From Thermoanaerobaculia bacterium (GTDB lineage Bacteria; Acidobacteriota; Thermoanaerobaculia; Multivoradales; UBA5704): DNA of 64,000 nucleotides. Each line of letters starts with the position of its first letter. Positions within the stretch are counted from its first letter, which is position 1. Of this stretch, positions 29,801 through 41,800 are shown one piece after another. The notes below the pieces were generated by a model, which searched no databases, had not been told where the DNA came from, and saw nothing but the letters and a program-made list of their open reading frames with translations. Position numbers and translations under genes: made by a program. Location of the stretch: the NCBI GenBank assembly GCA_035278895.1, contig DATEIO010000954.1, positions 104 to 64,103 of the forward strand, read 5' to 3'.

Positions 29801-32800
29801 CTGTTCATGACTCTGCTCGCCGGCTTCCAGGCCCTGCTCGCCCGCTATTCCGGCCAGGCGGACGTGAGCGTCGGTACCCCGATCGCAGGCCGGCGGCAGC
29901 TCGAGACCGAGGGGCTGATCGGGTTCTTCGTCAACACGCTCGTGCTGCGCGGCCGGATGGAGGACGACCCGAGCTTCGAGGATCTCGTCACCCAGGCACG
30001 GGAGACGGCCCTGCGGGCCTACGCCCATCAGGACCTCCCCTTCGACCGCCTGGTCGATGAGCTCGCGCCGCAGCGGGACCTCGCGTATACGCCGCTCTTC
30101 CAGGTGATGCTCGCCCTGCAGAACGTGGGGCGGGAGAGCCTCGGGGTGGCCGGCCTGGAGCTCTCCTCGTTCGGCGTGGCCACCGAAGCCACCAAGCTCG
30201 ACCTGATGCTGACCCTGTCCGAAGGGGCCGGGGGGCTCCAGGGGAGCTTCCAGTTCCGCGCCGATCTGTTCGACCCCGCCACCATCGCCTGTCTGGCCGA
30301 GCGCTTCACCGTCCTGCTGGCGAGCGCCGTGGCCGACCCGCGGACCCGTCTCTCGGATCTCGACCTCCTCACCCGGACGGAGCGTCTCCAGCTCCAGGCA
30401 GAGGAGGGCCGGGCGCCGGCCGACCGGCAGGGGACCCTGCCCGGCCTGTTCGAGGCGCAGGCGGAGCGCACCCCGGACGCCGAGGCCGTGCGCTGCGCCG
30501 GAGAGTCGCTGACCTATGCCGAGCTGGACCGGTGGGCCAACCGGATCGCCTGGTGCCTGATCGGGCTCGGGGTGCAGGCCGAAGCCCGGGTGGCGCTCTG
30601 CCTCGAGCGGTCGCCCGCCATGGTGGCCGCTCTGCTCGGGGTGCTCAAGGCTGGCGCCGCCTACGTGCCGCTCGACTCCCGGCAGCCGGTGGACCGTCTC
30701 GCCTCCATGCTGGAGGACGCCGGGGCCGCCGTGGTGCTGGGCGACCGCCACACCGCCTCCCGCCTGCCGGTGGGCGCCTGGCGCCTCGTAGAGCTCGACG
30801 CCGCGAGCGAGCTGCTGGAGCGCCAGCCCGCGACCTGTCCGCCGCTCGCCGTCTCCGCCGAGGGTCTCGCCTATGTCATCTACACCTCGGGCTCGACCGG
30901 GCGTCCCAAGGGGGTGCTCATCGAGCACCGCGCCGCGGTCAACCTGGCCAACGCCCTGGACCGGAGAATCTACGGCCGGATCGGTGGACCCGCGCCCCGG
31001 CGGGTGAGCGCCAATGCGCCGCTGACCTTCGATGCCTCGGTCCAGCAGTGGACGCGCCTGCTGTTCGGCGATGCCCTGGTCATCGTGCCGGAAGAGCTGC
31101 GCGCCGACGGCCCGGCGCTGCTCGAGTGGATGCACCGGGAGCGCCTGGACGTCCTCGACTGCACGCCCTCGCATCTGCGCCTCCTGGCGGAAGCAGGCCT
31201 GATGGAGAGCCCCGGCGCGCCGGGCGCGCTCCTGGTCGGCGGCGAGGCCATCGACCGGACGCTGTGGGAGGCGATGGCCGCCGACTCCCGGCGCTCCTTC
31301 TTCAACGTCTACGGTCCCACGGAATGCACGGTGGATTCCACGGTGGAGGAGATCGCGGCGCGGCCGGAGCCGAGCCTGGGGCAGCCGGTCGACAACGTGG
31401 AGGTGCGGGTGCTCGACGCGGCGCTCCGCAAGGTGCCGCTCGGCCTGCCTGGCGAGTTGTGCATTGCGGGAGCGGGTCTGGCGCGCGGCTACCTGGGCCG
31501 CCCGGACCTCACGGCGGAGAAGTTCGTTCCGGATCCGTTCGGTCTCCCCGGAGCCCGGCTGTATCACAGCGGCGACCGGGTGCGCCTCTTCGCCGACGGC
31601 CGGTTGGAGTTCCTGGGCCGGCTCGACCATCAGGTCAAGCTGCGCGGCTTCCGCATCGAGCTCGGAGAGATCGAGGCCGCGCTGGCCCGTCACCCGGCCG
31701 TGCGCGAGGCCGTGGCGCTGCTGCGCGAGGACGTGCCCGGCCAGCCGCGTCTGGTCGCCTATGCCGTGGCCGCGGCCACGCCGGAAGAGCTCCGCGAGCA
31801 CCTGAGCCGGCTCCTTCCCGAGTACATGGTGCCGTCCGTCTGCGTGGTGCTCGAGCAGATGCCGCTGAACCGTAGCGGCAAGGTCGACCGCCGCGCGCTG
31901 CCGGTGCCGCCGGAGCCCGCCCCGGGCGCGGAGGTGCAGGCGCCGAGCACGCCTCTCGAGGAGATCGTGGCCGGCCTCTTTGCCGACGTGCTGGGGATCG
32001 AGCGGCCCGGCGCGGACGCGAGCTTCTTCTCGCTGGGCGGGCACTCGCTGCTCGCCACCCGCGTGATCTCGCGGGTGCGCGGGGCGTTCGGGGTGGACCT
32101 GCCGCTGCGCATCCTGTTCGAGGCGCCGACCGCGGCGGGTCTGGCGCGGCGGGTGGAGGAGGCGCGGACCGCCGGCGCCGCTCCGGAGGCTCCGCCGATC
32201 CGCCCGGTACCGCGCGAAGGAGCGCTCCCCCTGTCCTTTGCCCAGCAGCGGCTCTGGTTCCTCTGGCAGCTCGATCCGGACAGCCCGGCCTATAACGTTC
32301 CGCAGGCTCTGCGGATCCGCGGAGCCCTGGACGCAGAGGCCCTGGAGCAGGCCCTCGGCGAGATCGTGCGCCGCCACGAGGTGCTGCGCACCACCTTTCC
32401 GGCCCTGGATGGAGAGCCGGTGCAGCGGATCCACCCCGAGGCGCGGCTTGCCATCCCGATCCTCGATCTGGCGCATCTGCCGGCGGAGGATCGCGAGATC
32501 GCCGTAGAGGAACGTGCCCGTGCCGAGGCCCGGATGCCGTTCGATCTGGCGCGCGAGGCGCCGGTGCGCGCCAGGCTTCTCCGTCTCGGCGCGGAGGAGC
32601 ACGTCCTGCTCCTCACTCTCCATCACATCGTTTCCGACGCCTGGTCGCAGACCGTGCTGGAGCGCGAGCTGACGGCCCTGTACCAGGCTTTCCGCGCGGG
32701 GCTCCCTTCTCCTCTGCCGGAGCTGCCGGTCCAGTACGCGGATTTCGCGCAGTGGCAGCGGCAGTGGCTCCAGGGCGAAGCGCTGGAGCGCCAGCTCGGC

Positions 32801-35800
32801 TACTGGCGCGGTCAGTTGGCGGGAGCGCCTCCGGTGCTCGATCTGCCGCTGGACCGGCCGCGGCCGGCGGTGGCGAGCCCTCGCGGCGGCAAGGTCGCTT
32901 TCGCTCCGCCGGCCGTGTTGTCTCGCGCGCTCGCGGAGCTGAGCCAGCGGAGCTCTTCGACCCTGTTCATGACCCTGCTCGCGGGTTTCCAGGCCTTCCT
33001 GGCCCGCTTCTCCGGTCAGCCCGACGTCTGCGTCGGCACGCCCATCGCCGGACGGCGCCACGCCGAGACTGAAAATCTGATTGGTTTCTTCGTCAACACC
33101 CTTGTCTTGCGCGGCTCGATGGAGGGGGATCCGACGTTTTCGGATCTGCTCGCCGGGACGCGGGAGACGGCTCTCCAGGCCTATGCCCACCAGGATCTCC
33201 CGTTCGAGCGCCTGGTCGACGATCTGGCTCCGCAGCGGGACCTGGCGCACACGCCCCTGTTCCAGGTGATGCTCGCGCTCCAGAACGTGGGCCGGAAGGG
33301 GGCTCGCGCGGGCGGTTTGCAGCTCTCTTCCGTGTCTGCGGACGCCGGCGTGGCAAAGCTCGATCTGATGCTCACCCTGGCCGAGGGCAACGGCGAGCTC
33401 CAGGGGAGCTTCGCCTACCGCGCCGAGCTGTTCGACCGGACGACGGTCGAGCGCCTGGCGGGCCACCTGATCACTCTGCTCGAGAGCGCCGCCGCCGATC
33501 CGCAGACCCGCCTTTCCGATCTCGCTCTGCTCACCCCGGCCGAGCGGCTCCATCTCCTGGCCGCGGGCCGCGGCGCCGTGGCCGGCCGTCCCGAGGGAGC
33601 GACTCTGCACGGCCTGTTTGCCCTCCAGGTAGAGCGGAGCCCGGAGGCCGAGGCCGTGCGCTGCGGAGACGACCGGCGGACCTACCGCGAGCTCGACGCA
33701 CAGGCGAACCGGATCGCCTGGCTCCTGCGCGAGCTCGGAGTGCGGGCCGAGGACCGGGTGGCCCTCTGCCTGGAACGCTCGCCCGAGGCCCTGGCCGCCC
33801 TGCTCGGAACGCTCAAGGCCGGCGCCGCCTACGTGCCGCTCGATCCGCGGCAGCCGGGAGAACGTCTCGCCGCCATGCTCGCCGACTCCGGGGCCTCTGT
33901 GGTGCTCGGATCCCGCCGCGTCCCCGGGCTGCCGGTGGGGAGCTGGCATCCGGTGCTGCTCGACGCCGAACCGGAGACGCTGGCGCGGCAGCCTGTGACG
34001 GCTCCTCCCGTCCCCCTCACCGGGGAGAGCCTCGCCTATGTCATCTACACCTCGGGCTCGACCGGCCGCCCCAAGGGGACGCTCATCTCTCACGGTGCGG
34101 CGATCAATCTGGCTCTGGCCCTGGACCGGGCGATTCACGGCCAGCTCGCCGATCCTGCACCGCGCCGGGTGAGCCTCAACGCGCCGCTGACGTTCGACGC
34201 CTCGGTGCAGCAATGGACGCGCCTGCTGTTCGGCGACACCGTCTCGATCGTCTCTGAGGAGATGCGCGCTGACGGCCCGGCTCTGCTCGAGTGGATGCGG
34301 AGCGAGCGCCTGGACGTCTTCGACTGCACGCCCTCGCATCTGCGTCTCCTGGTGGAGTCGGGCCTTCTGGAGACCCCGGGCGCGCCGCGCGCTCTCCTGG
34401 TCGGCGGCGAGGCCATCGACGTTTCTCTCTGGAGAGCCCTGGCCTCCGATGCGTCGCGCCGCTTCTTCAACGTCTACGGCCCCACCGAGTGCACGGTGGA
34501 TTCCACGGTGGAGGAGATCGGAGCCCGGCCGGAGCCGAGCCTGGGCGTTGCAGTGGACAACGCGGCCTGCCGGGTGCTCGATGCCGCGCTCGGTCCGGTG
34601 CCGCTCGGCGTTTCCGGCGAGCTGTGCATCGCGGGAGCGGGTCTGGCGCGCGGCTACCTGGGCCGCCCGGACCTCACGGCGGAGAAGTTCGTTCCGGATC
34701 CGTTCGGGGCTCCCGGAGCCCGGCTGTACCGCAGCGGCGACCGGGTGCGCCGCTTCGCCGACGGCCGGCTGGAGTTCCTGGGCCGGCTCGACCACCAGGT
34801 CAAGCTGCGCGGCTTCCGGATCGAGCTCGGAGAGATCGAGGCCGCGCTGGCCCGTCACCCGGCCGTGCGCGAAGCGGTCGCTCTGCTGCGTGAGGACGTG
34901 CCCGGCCAGCCGCGCCTCATCGCCTACGCCGTGGCTGCGGCCACGCCCCAGGCCCTGCGGGATCACCTGCGCCAGAGCCTGCCGGAGTACATGGTCCCGT
35001 CCGCCTGCGTGGTGCTCGACGAGATGCCCCTGAACCGCAGCGGCAAGGTGGATCGCCGCGCGCTGCCGGAACCGAAGGTCGAGGCGGCCGGAGAGAGCCT
35101 GCAGGAAGCGGCGCCGCGCACCCCTCTCGAGGAGATCCTAGCCGGGATCTTCGCCGAGGTGCTCGGCCGCGAGCGGCTCGACATCGACACGAGCTTCTTC
35201 GAGCTCGGTGGCCATTCCCTGCTGGTCACCCGGGTGATCTCCCGGATCGCCAGCCTGCTGCGGGTGGACCTGCCGTTGCGGGCTCTGTTCGAGAATCCGA
35301 CCGCGAGGGCCCTCGCCCGGCAGGCCGAGACGGCGCTGAGCTCCAGCACCGGGCTGGAAGCGCCGCCGATCCGGCCGGTGCCACGGACCGGAGATCTCCC
35401 TCTCTCCTTCGCGCAGCAGCGGCTCTGGCTCATCGACCAGCTCGAGCCGGGAAGCGCGCTGTACAACATGCCGAGCACCCTCCGCCTGCGCGGCGCGCTC
35501 AGCGCCACGGCTCTGCGCAACGCCTTCGACGGTCTGGTGCGGCGGCACGAGGCCCTGCGCACCCGATTCGCCGAGGTGGCGGGCGTGCCGGTCCAGATCA
35601 TCGATCCGCCTTCGGATTGGAGCCTGCCACAGGTCGACCTGTCCGCTCTGCCGGAGGCCGTGCGAGAGGCCGAGGCGCGGCGGCTGGCGCGCCGTGAGGC
35701 CGCGCGGCCCTTCGACCTGGTGCGAGGCCCGGTGCTGCGCACCACGCTCCTGCGGCTGGCGGCTGAAGAGCACATCCTGCTGATGAACCTGCATCACATC

Positions 35801-38800
35801 GCCGGAGACGGCTGGTCGATGGACGTGCTGTCTCGCGAGCTCGCGGCCCTCTACCGGGCAGCGGCCTTGCCGGAGCTCCCCATCCAGTACGCCGATTTCG
35901 CGGCCTGGCAGCGGCAGTGGCTGTCAGGCGAGGTGCTGGAGCGGGAGATCGCCTACTGGCGCGGGCGTCTGCAGGAGGATGCCGAGCTGAGCCTGCCCAC
36001 CGACCGGCCCCGTCCGGCGGTTTCGAGCCGCCGTGGGGGCCGGTGGCCGTTCTCCCTGCCCGAGCCCGTGGCGGAGAAGCTGTCCGTCCTCTCCCGGAAC
36101 GCGGGCACGACGCTCTTCATGACCCTGCTCGCGGCCTGGAAAACCCTGCTGTTCCGCAGCTCCACGAACGAGGGAGACATCCGGGTCGGCACCCCCATCG
36201 CAGGGCGGCGCCAGCTCGAGACCGAGGGCCTGATCGGCTTTTTTGTGAATACGCTCGTCCTGCGCACCGAGCTGGCCTTAGAGCAGACGGTCCGCGAGCT
36301 GCTGGAGCGGGTGCGCGAGACGGCGCTCCAGGCCTATGCGCACCAGGATCTCCCGTTCGAGAAGCTTGTCGAGGAGCTCCAACCGGAACGCCATCTGAGC
36401 CGGGTGCCTCTGTTCCAGGCGATCTTCTCGTTCCAGACCGCTCCGGCCGCGGAGCCGGGGCTCCAGGGAATCCGGATCGAAGGGCTGGAGATCGACTCCG
36501 GCATGGCCAAGTTCGACCTCGGTCTCTTCATGGCCGAGAGGAGATCGGCCCTGAGCGGAACGCTCCAGTACGACGCCGACCTGTTCGACTCGACCACTGC
36601 CGCCCGGCTGGCGACCCACCTGGAGCGGCTGCTGACGGCCATGGTGGCCGGTCCGGGCCTGCGCTTGGATGAGCTGCCGCTCCTCTCCGACGCAGAGCGG
36701 CACCAGCTCACAGGGGAGTGGAACGACGCGGCCGCGGTCTATGAACGGGAGCGTTGCATCCACGAGCTGCTCGCCGAGCAGACCGCGCGGACCCCCGAGG
36801 CTCCGGCCGTGCTCTTCGGCGCGACCAAGTGGAGCTACGGCGAGCTCGAACGCCGCGCCAACCGTTTGGCCCATGCCCTGCTCCGGCGCGGCGTGGGGCC
36901 CGAGGCGAGGGTGGGAGTCCTCCTGGAGCGATCGGCCGAGATGGTCCTGGCTCTGGTGGCGATCCTCAAGGCCGGCGGAGCCTACGTGCCGCTCGACCTT
37001 GCCTCTCCCCGCGAGCGGCTGTCCCTGCTGGCGCACGAAGCGGGCCTGGCCGCCCTCGTCTCGGACCGGGCCACCCTCGATCTTCTCGACGCCGGGCTCA
37101 ACCTGCCCCGGGTGCTGCTCGATGAAGAGGCCGCCGAGATCGACCGCTGCCCGGACGCTCCGCCACAGGCGGCGGTGGCCGCGGAGAGCCTCGCCTACGT
37201 GATGTACACCTCCGGATCGACCGGAGTGCCCAAGGGGGTCGCGATCACCCACCGAGCGATCGCGCGGCTGGTGCGGGGGACGGATTACATCCGTCTGGCG
37301 CCTGGCGACCGCGTAGCCCAGGCCTCCAACGTGGCCTTCGATGCCGCGACGTTCGAAATCTGGGGCGCTCTGCTCAACGGCGCCACGCTCGTCGGGGTGC
37401 CGCGCGAGGTGCTGCTGTCAACGCAGGAGCTCGGAGAACAGCTCGAGCGCGACCGGATCGATGTCCTGTTCCTGACCACGGCTCTTTTCCATCAGCTCGC
37501 CCTGGAGGCGCCCCGGGCGCTGTCCTCGGTGCGCGACCTGCTGTTCGGCGGCGAGGCGTCCGATGCGGACCGCGTGCGCGCCCTGCTGGCCGCCGGAGGG
37601 CCGCGGCGGCTGCTGCACGTCTACGGTCCGACCGAATGCACGACCTTCGCCTCCTGGCAGCGGGTGAGCGCGGTCCCGCCGGGAGCGGCGACGGTGCCGA
37701 TCGGCCGGCCTGTCGCCAATACCGGCCTCTACGTGCTGGACCGCGCGATGCGGCTGGTGCCCACGGGCGTCGTGGGCGAGCTCTACCTGGGCGGCGACGG
37801 CTTGGCGCGGGGCTACCTGGACCGGCCGGATCTGAGCGCCGACCGCTTCGTTCCCGACCCCTTCGCCGATCGCCCGGGAGAGCGGCTCTATCGCACCGGC
37901 GACCTCTGCCGCCGGACCGGCCGGGGAGAGGTCGAGATCCTCGGCCGCCTCGATACGCAGGTCAAGATCCGCGGATTCCGTATCGAGCCGGGGGAGATCG
38001 AGGCGGCTCTGCGGGCGCATTCCGCAGTGCGAGAGGCTGTGGTCCTGGCCCGCCAGGAGAAGGACTCTCCGGGCCGGAGGCTCGTCGCCTATGTCGTGGC
38101 CGCTCCGGGAGCGGACGTCTCCGCCGCCGGGCTCCGGAGCTTCCTGGGCGAGACGCTCCCAGCCTACATGGTGCCCTCCGCGATCGTGCGGATGGTGGCC
38201 CTGCCCCTCACCCCCAATGGCAAGATCGACCGCCGGGCCCTGCCCGAGCCTGAGCCGGAACGGGAGGGCTTCAGCGCGCCCCGCACCCCGACCGAAGAGC
38301 TGGTGGCCGCGGTCTGGGCGGACCTGCTGCAGGTCGACCGGGTCGGTCTCGAGGACGACTTCTTCGCGCTCGGCGGGCATTCTCTGGTCGCGACCCGCCT
38401 GATGTCCCGGCTGCGTCAGGGCTTCGGAATCGAGATGCCGCTGCGGGTGCTGTTCGAGAGCCCCACCCTGGGCGGGCTGGCGCGGGAGGTCGAGGAGCGC
38501 CTGCGCGCCGCGCAGGCCTGCGTGGCTCCGCCCCTCTTGCGCGGGGAGCGTCCGGAGCGCCTGCCGCTCTCCTTCGCGCAGCAGCGGCTCTGGTTCCTCG
38601 ACCGGTTAGAGCCCGGAAGCACCGCCTACAACATTCCGCTCGCTTTCCGGCTTTACGGCCTCCTGGACCGGACGGCCCTGGAAGCGAGCCTTGCGGAGGT
38701 GGTCCGGCGGCACGAGGTGCTGCGCACTGTCTTCCGCGAGGTCGACGGGGAGGCGGTCCAGGTCGTCGAGCCCGCCCGGTCGCGCCCCCTGCCGTTGGTG

Positions 38801-41800
38801 GACCTCTCCAGCCTGCCGGAGGAGGCGCGCGGGACGGAGCTGCTCCGGCTCGCTCGGAACGAGGCCCGGTGCCCCTTTGACCTGGAGAGCGGGCCGGTGC
38901 TGCGCGCCTCCCTGGTCCGGTTGGGCGGGGAAGAGCACGCTCTGCTCGCCACCCTGCACCACATTGCGGGCGACGGCTGGTCCCTGGGCCTTCTGAGCCG
39001 CGAGATCGGCACCCTCTACCGGGACTTCGCCGCCGGCCGGCCGCCCTCCCTGCCGGAGCTCCCGGTCCAGTACGCCGACTTCGCCGCCTGGCAGCGGCGG
39101 TGGCTCCAGGGCGAGACCTTGAAGGCCGAGCTGGCCCTCTGGCGCAACCGGCTGCAGGGGGCCCCGGTCCAGATCGAGCTGCCTACCGATCGCCCGCGTC
39201 CCGCAGTGCCGAGCCGGCAGGGCCGCTCGGTTCCCTTCGCGCTCCCGGCAGGGCTGGCCACCGCGATCCGGGACCTCGGCCGCGCGCACACGGCGACCTC
39301 CTTCATGGTCCTGCTCGCTGCCTTTCAGACCCTGCTCTCCCGCCTCTCAGGCCAGGATGACGTCAGTGTCGGCACCCCGATCGCCGGGCGGACCCGGGTC
39401 GAGACCGAGGGGCTCATCGGCTTCTTCGTGAACACCCTGGTTCTGCGCGTTGATCTCTCTGGGGATCCGGCGTTTGCCGGCCTGCTGGCGCGCGTGCGAG
39501 AGGTCGCCTTGGACGCGCATCTCCATCAGGACATCCCATTCGAGAAGCTCGTCGAGGAGCTCGATCCGCAGCGAAGCCTTTCGCGGGCGCCCCTTTTCCA
39601 GGTCATGCTCGCCTATCAGAACCTGCCGGAGCCGACCGCCGAGGGGCTCCCGGGCCTTCAGGTGGCTTCGCTGCCGGCGTCCCCGGGGACGGAGAAGTTC
39701 GATCTCACACTGGCCGTGCGCGAGCTGGAAGACGGGCTGTCCGGCGGCCTTTCCTACGCCTGCGATCTCTTTGATGCCTCCACGATCGAGCGCCTGTTCG
39801 GCCACTTCGGCCAGCTCCTCGAAGAGGTCGTCGCCGACCCGCGGCGCCGGCTGTCCGAAATCGCCCTCTTGACGGCTACCGAGCGCCACCAGCTCCTCGC
39901 CGAGTGGCAGGGTGTGGCGGTGGCGATCCCGGAAGCGACTCTGCACGGCCTGATTCGGGCGCAGGCGGAGCGTACGCCCGGCGCGGTGGCCGTGGTCTTC
40001 GAGCAGGACGCGCTGACCTATGCCCAATTGGACCGCCAGGCCGCGGTCCTGGCCAGGCGGCTGCGGGCTCTGGGAGTCGGTCCGGAGGTGCGGGTGGGCC
40101 TCTGCGCCGAGCGCTCGCTGGAGCTGGTCGTGGGGCTCCTGGGCATCCTTGAGGCCGGCGGCGCCTATGTGCCCCTCGATCCGGGCTACCCGGATGCACG
40201 GCTGGCCCTGGTGGCCGAGGACGCGCGCGTGGCCGTGTTGCTGACCCAGGCCCCCTTGCGCGAGCGCCTGGCCGGGCTCGTGGGGGAAACGCCCGTGGTG
40301 GAGCTCGCCCTGGACGATGAAGCTGCCGCTCCGGACTGGCGCCTCGAAGACGGGGCGGAGCCGGATCACGCCGCGTACGTCATCTTCACCTCCGGTTCGA
40401 CGGGACGTCCCAAGGGAGCGGTCAACAGCCACCGCGGCATCGTCAACCGGCTGCTCTGGATGCAGAGCGCGTATGGTCTGACCCCCGCGGACCGGGTGCT
40501 GCAGAAGACCCCGTTCAGCTTCGACGTCTCGGTGTGGGAATTTTTCTGGCCGCTTTTGACTGGAGCGCGCTTGGTGGTGGCGCGTCCGGGAGGCCATCAG
40601 GATCCAGCCTATCTGGTGCGGACCATCGCCGAGGCCGGGATCACCCACGTGCACTTTGTGCCGTCCATGCTGCGGGCCTTCCTGGAGGAACCCGATCTCT
40701 CGGGCTGCTCCAGCTTGCGGCAGGTGATGGCGAGCGGAGAGGCCCTGCCGGCCGATCTGGCCGAGCTCTTCCACGCCCGCCTGGGGGTCCCCTTCGGCAT
40801 CGAGCTGCACAACCTGTACGGGCCGACCGAGGCCGCGGTGGACGTGACGTTCCACTCCTGCCGTCCCGGGGAGGAGCGGATCCCCATTGGCCGGCCCGTG
40901 GACAACACGCGCATCCATATCGTCGATACCCAGGGCGGCCTTTCGCCGCTGGGGGCTCCCGGCGAGCTGCACATCGGCGGCGTGCAGGTGGGGCGCGGCT
41001 ACCTCGGCCGGCCCGACCTGACCGCGGAGCGCTTCGTCCCCGATCCGTTCGGGGAGCCGGGCGCGCGGCTGTACCGCACCGGTGACTTGGCGCGGTATCT
41101 GCCGGATGGAGAGGTGGAGTACCTGGGCCGTCTCGACCATCAAGTCAAGATCCGGGGCGTGCGCATCGAGCTGGGCGAGATCGAGGCGGCCCTGGCGCGG
41201 CACCCCGGGGTCCACACCGCCGTGGTGATGGCCCGCCAAGGGGCGGACGCAACGTTCCTGGCAGCCTGGGTCGTGGCGAAGCCGGAGAGCGAAGCCGGTC
41301 CCATGGTCTGGCGCGAGCATCTGCAGCGCCACCTGCCCGAGGCGATGGTGCCCTCAGCCTGGGCCGTGCTCGACGAGTTGCCGCTCCTGCCCAATGGAAA
41401 GGTCGACCGGCGGGGCCTGCCCTCGCCGCTTCCGATCGGACGCGCGCAGGGTGCCTCGATCGCGCCGCGCACGCCGGTGGAAGAGATCGTGGCCGGGATC
41501 TTCGCCGAGGTCCTGGGCGTCGAGCAGCCCGGCGTCGAGGCGAGCTTCTTCGATCTCGGCGGCCACTCGCTGCTCGCCACCCGGGTCGTCTCCCGGATCC
41601 GGACCTCGTTCGCCATCGACCTGCCGCTGCGCGCCCTGTTCGAGGAACCGACAGTCGCGGGCCTGGCGCGGCGGGTGGAGGAGGCGCTGACCGCCGGCGC
41701 CGCTCTGGAAGCTCCGCCCCTCCGGCCGTCACCGCGCGAGCGGGGGCCCCTCCCCCTTTCCTTTGCCCAGCAGCGGCTCTGGTTCCTCTGGCAGCTCGAG

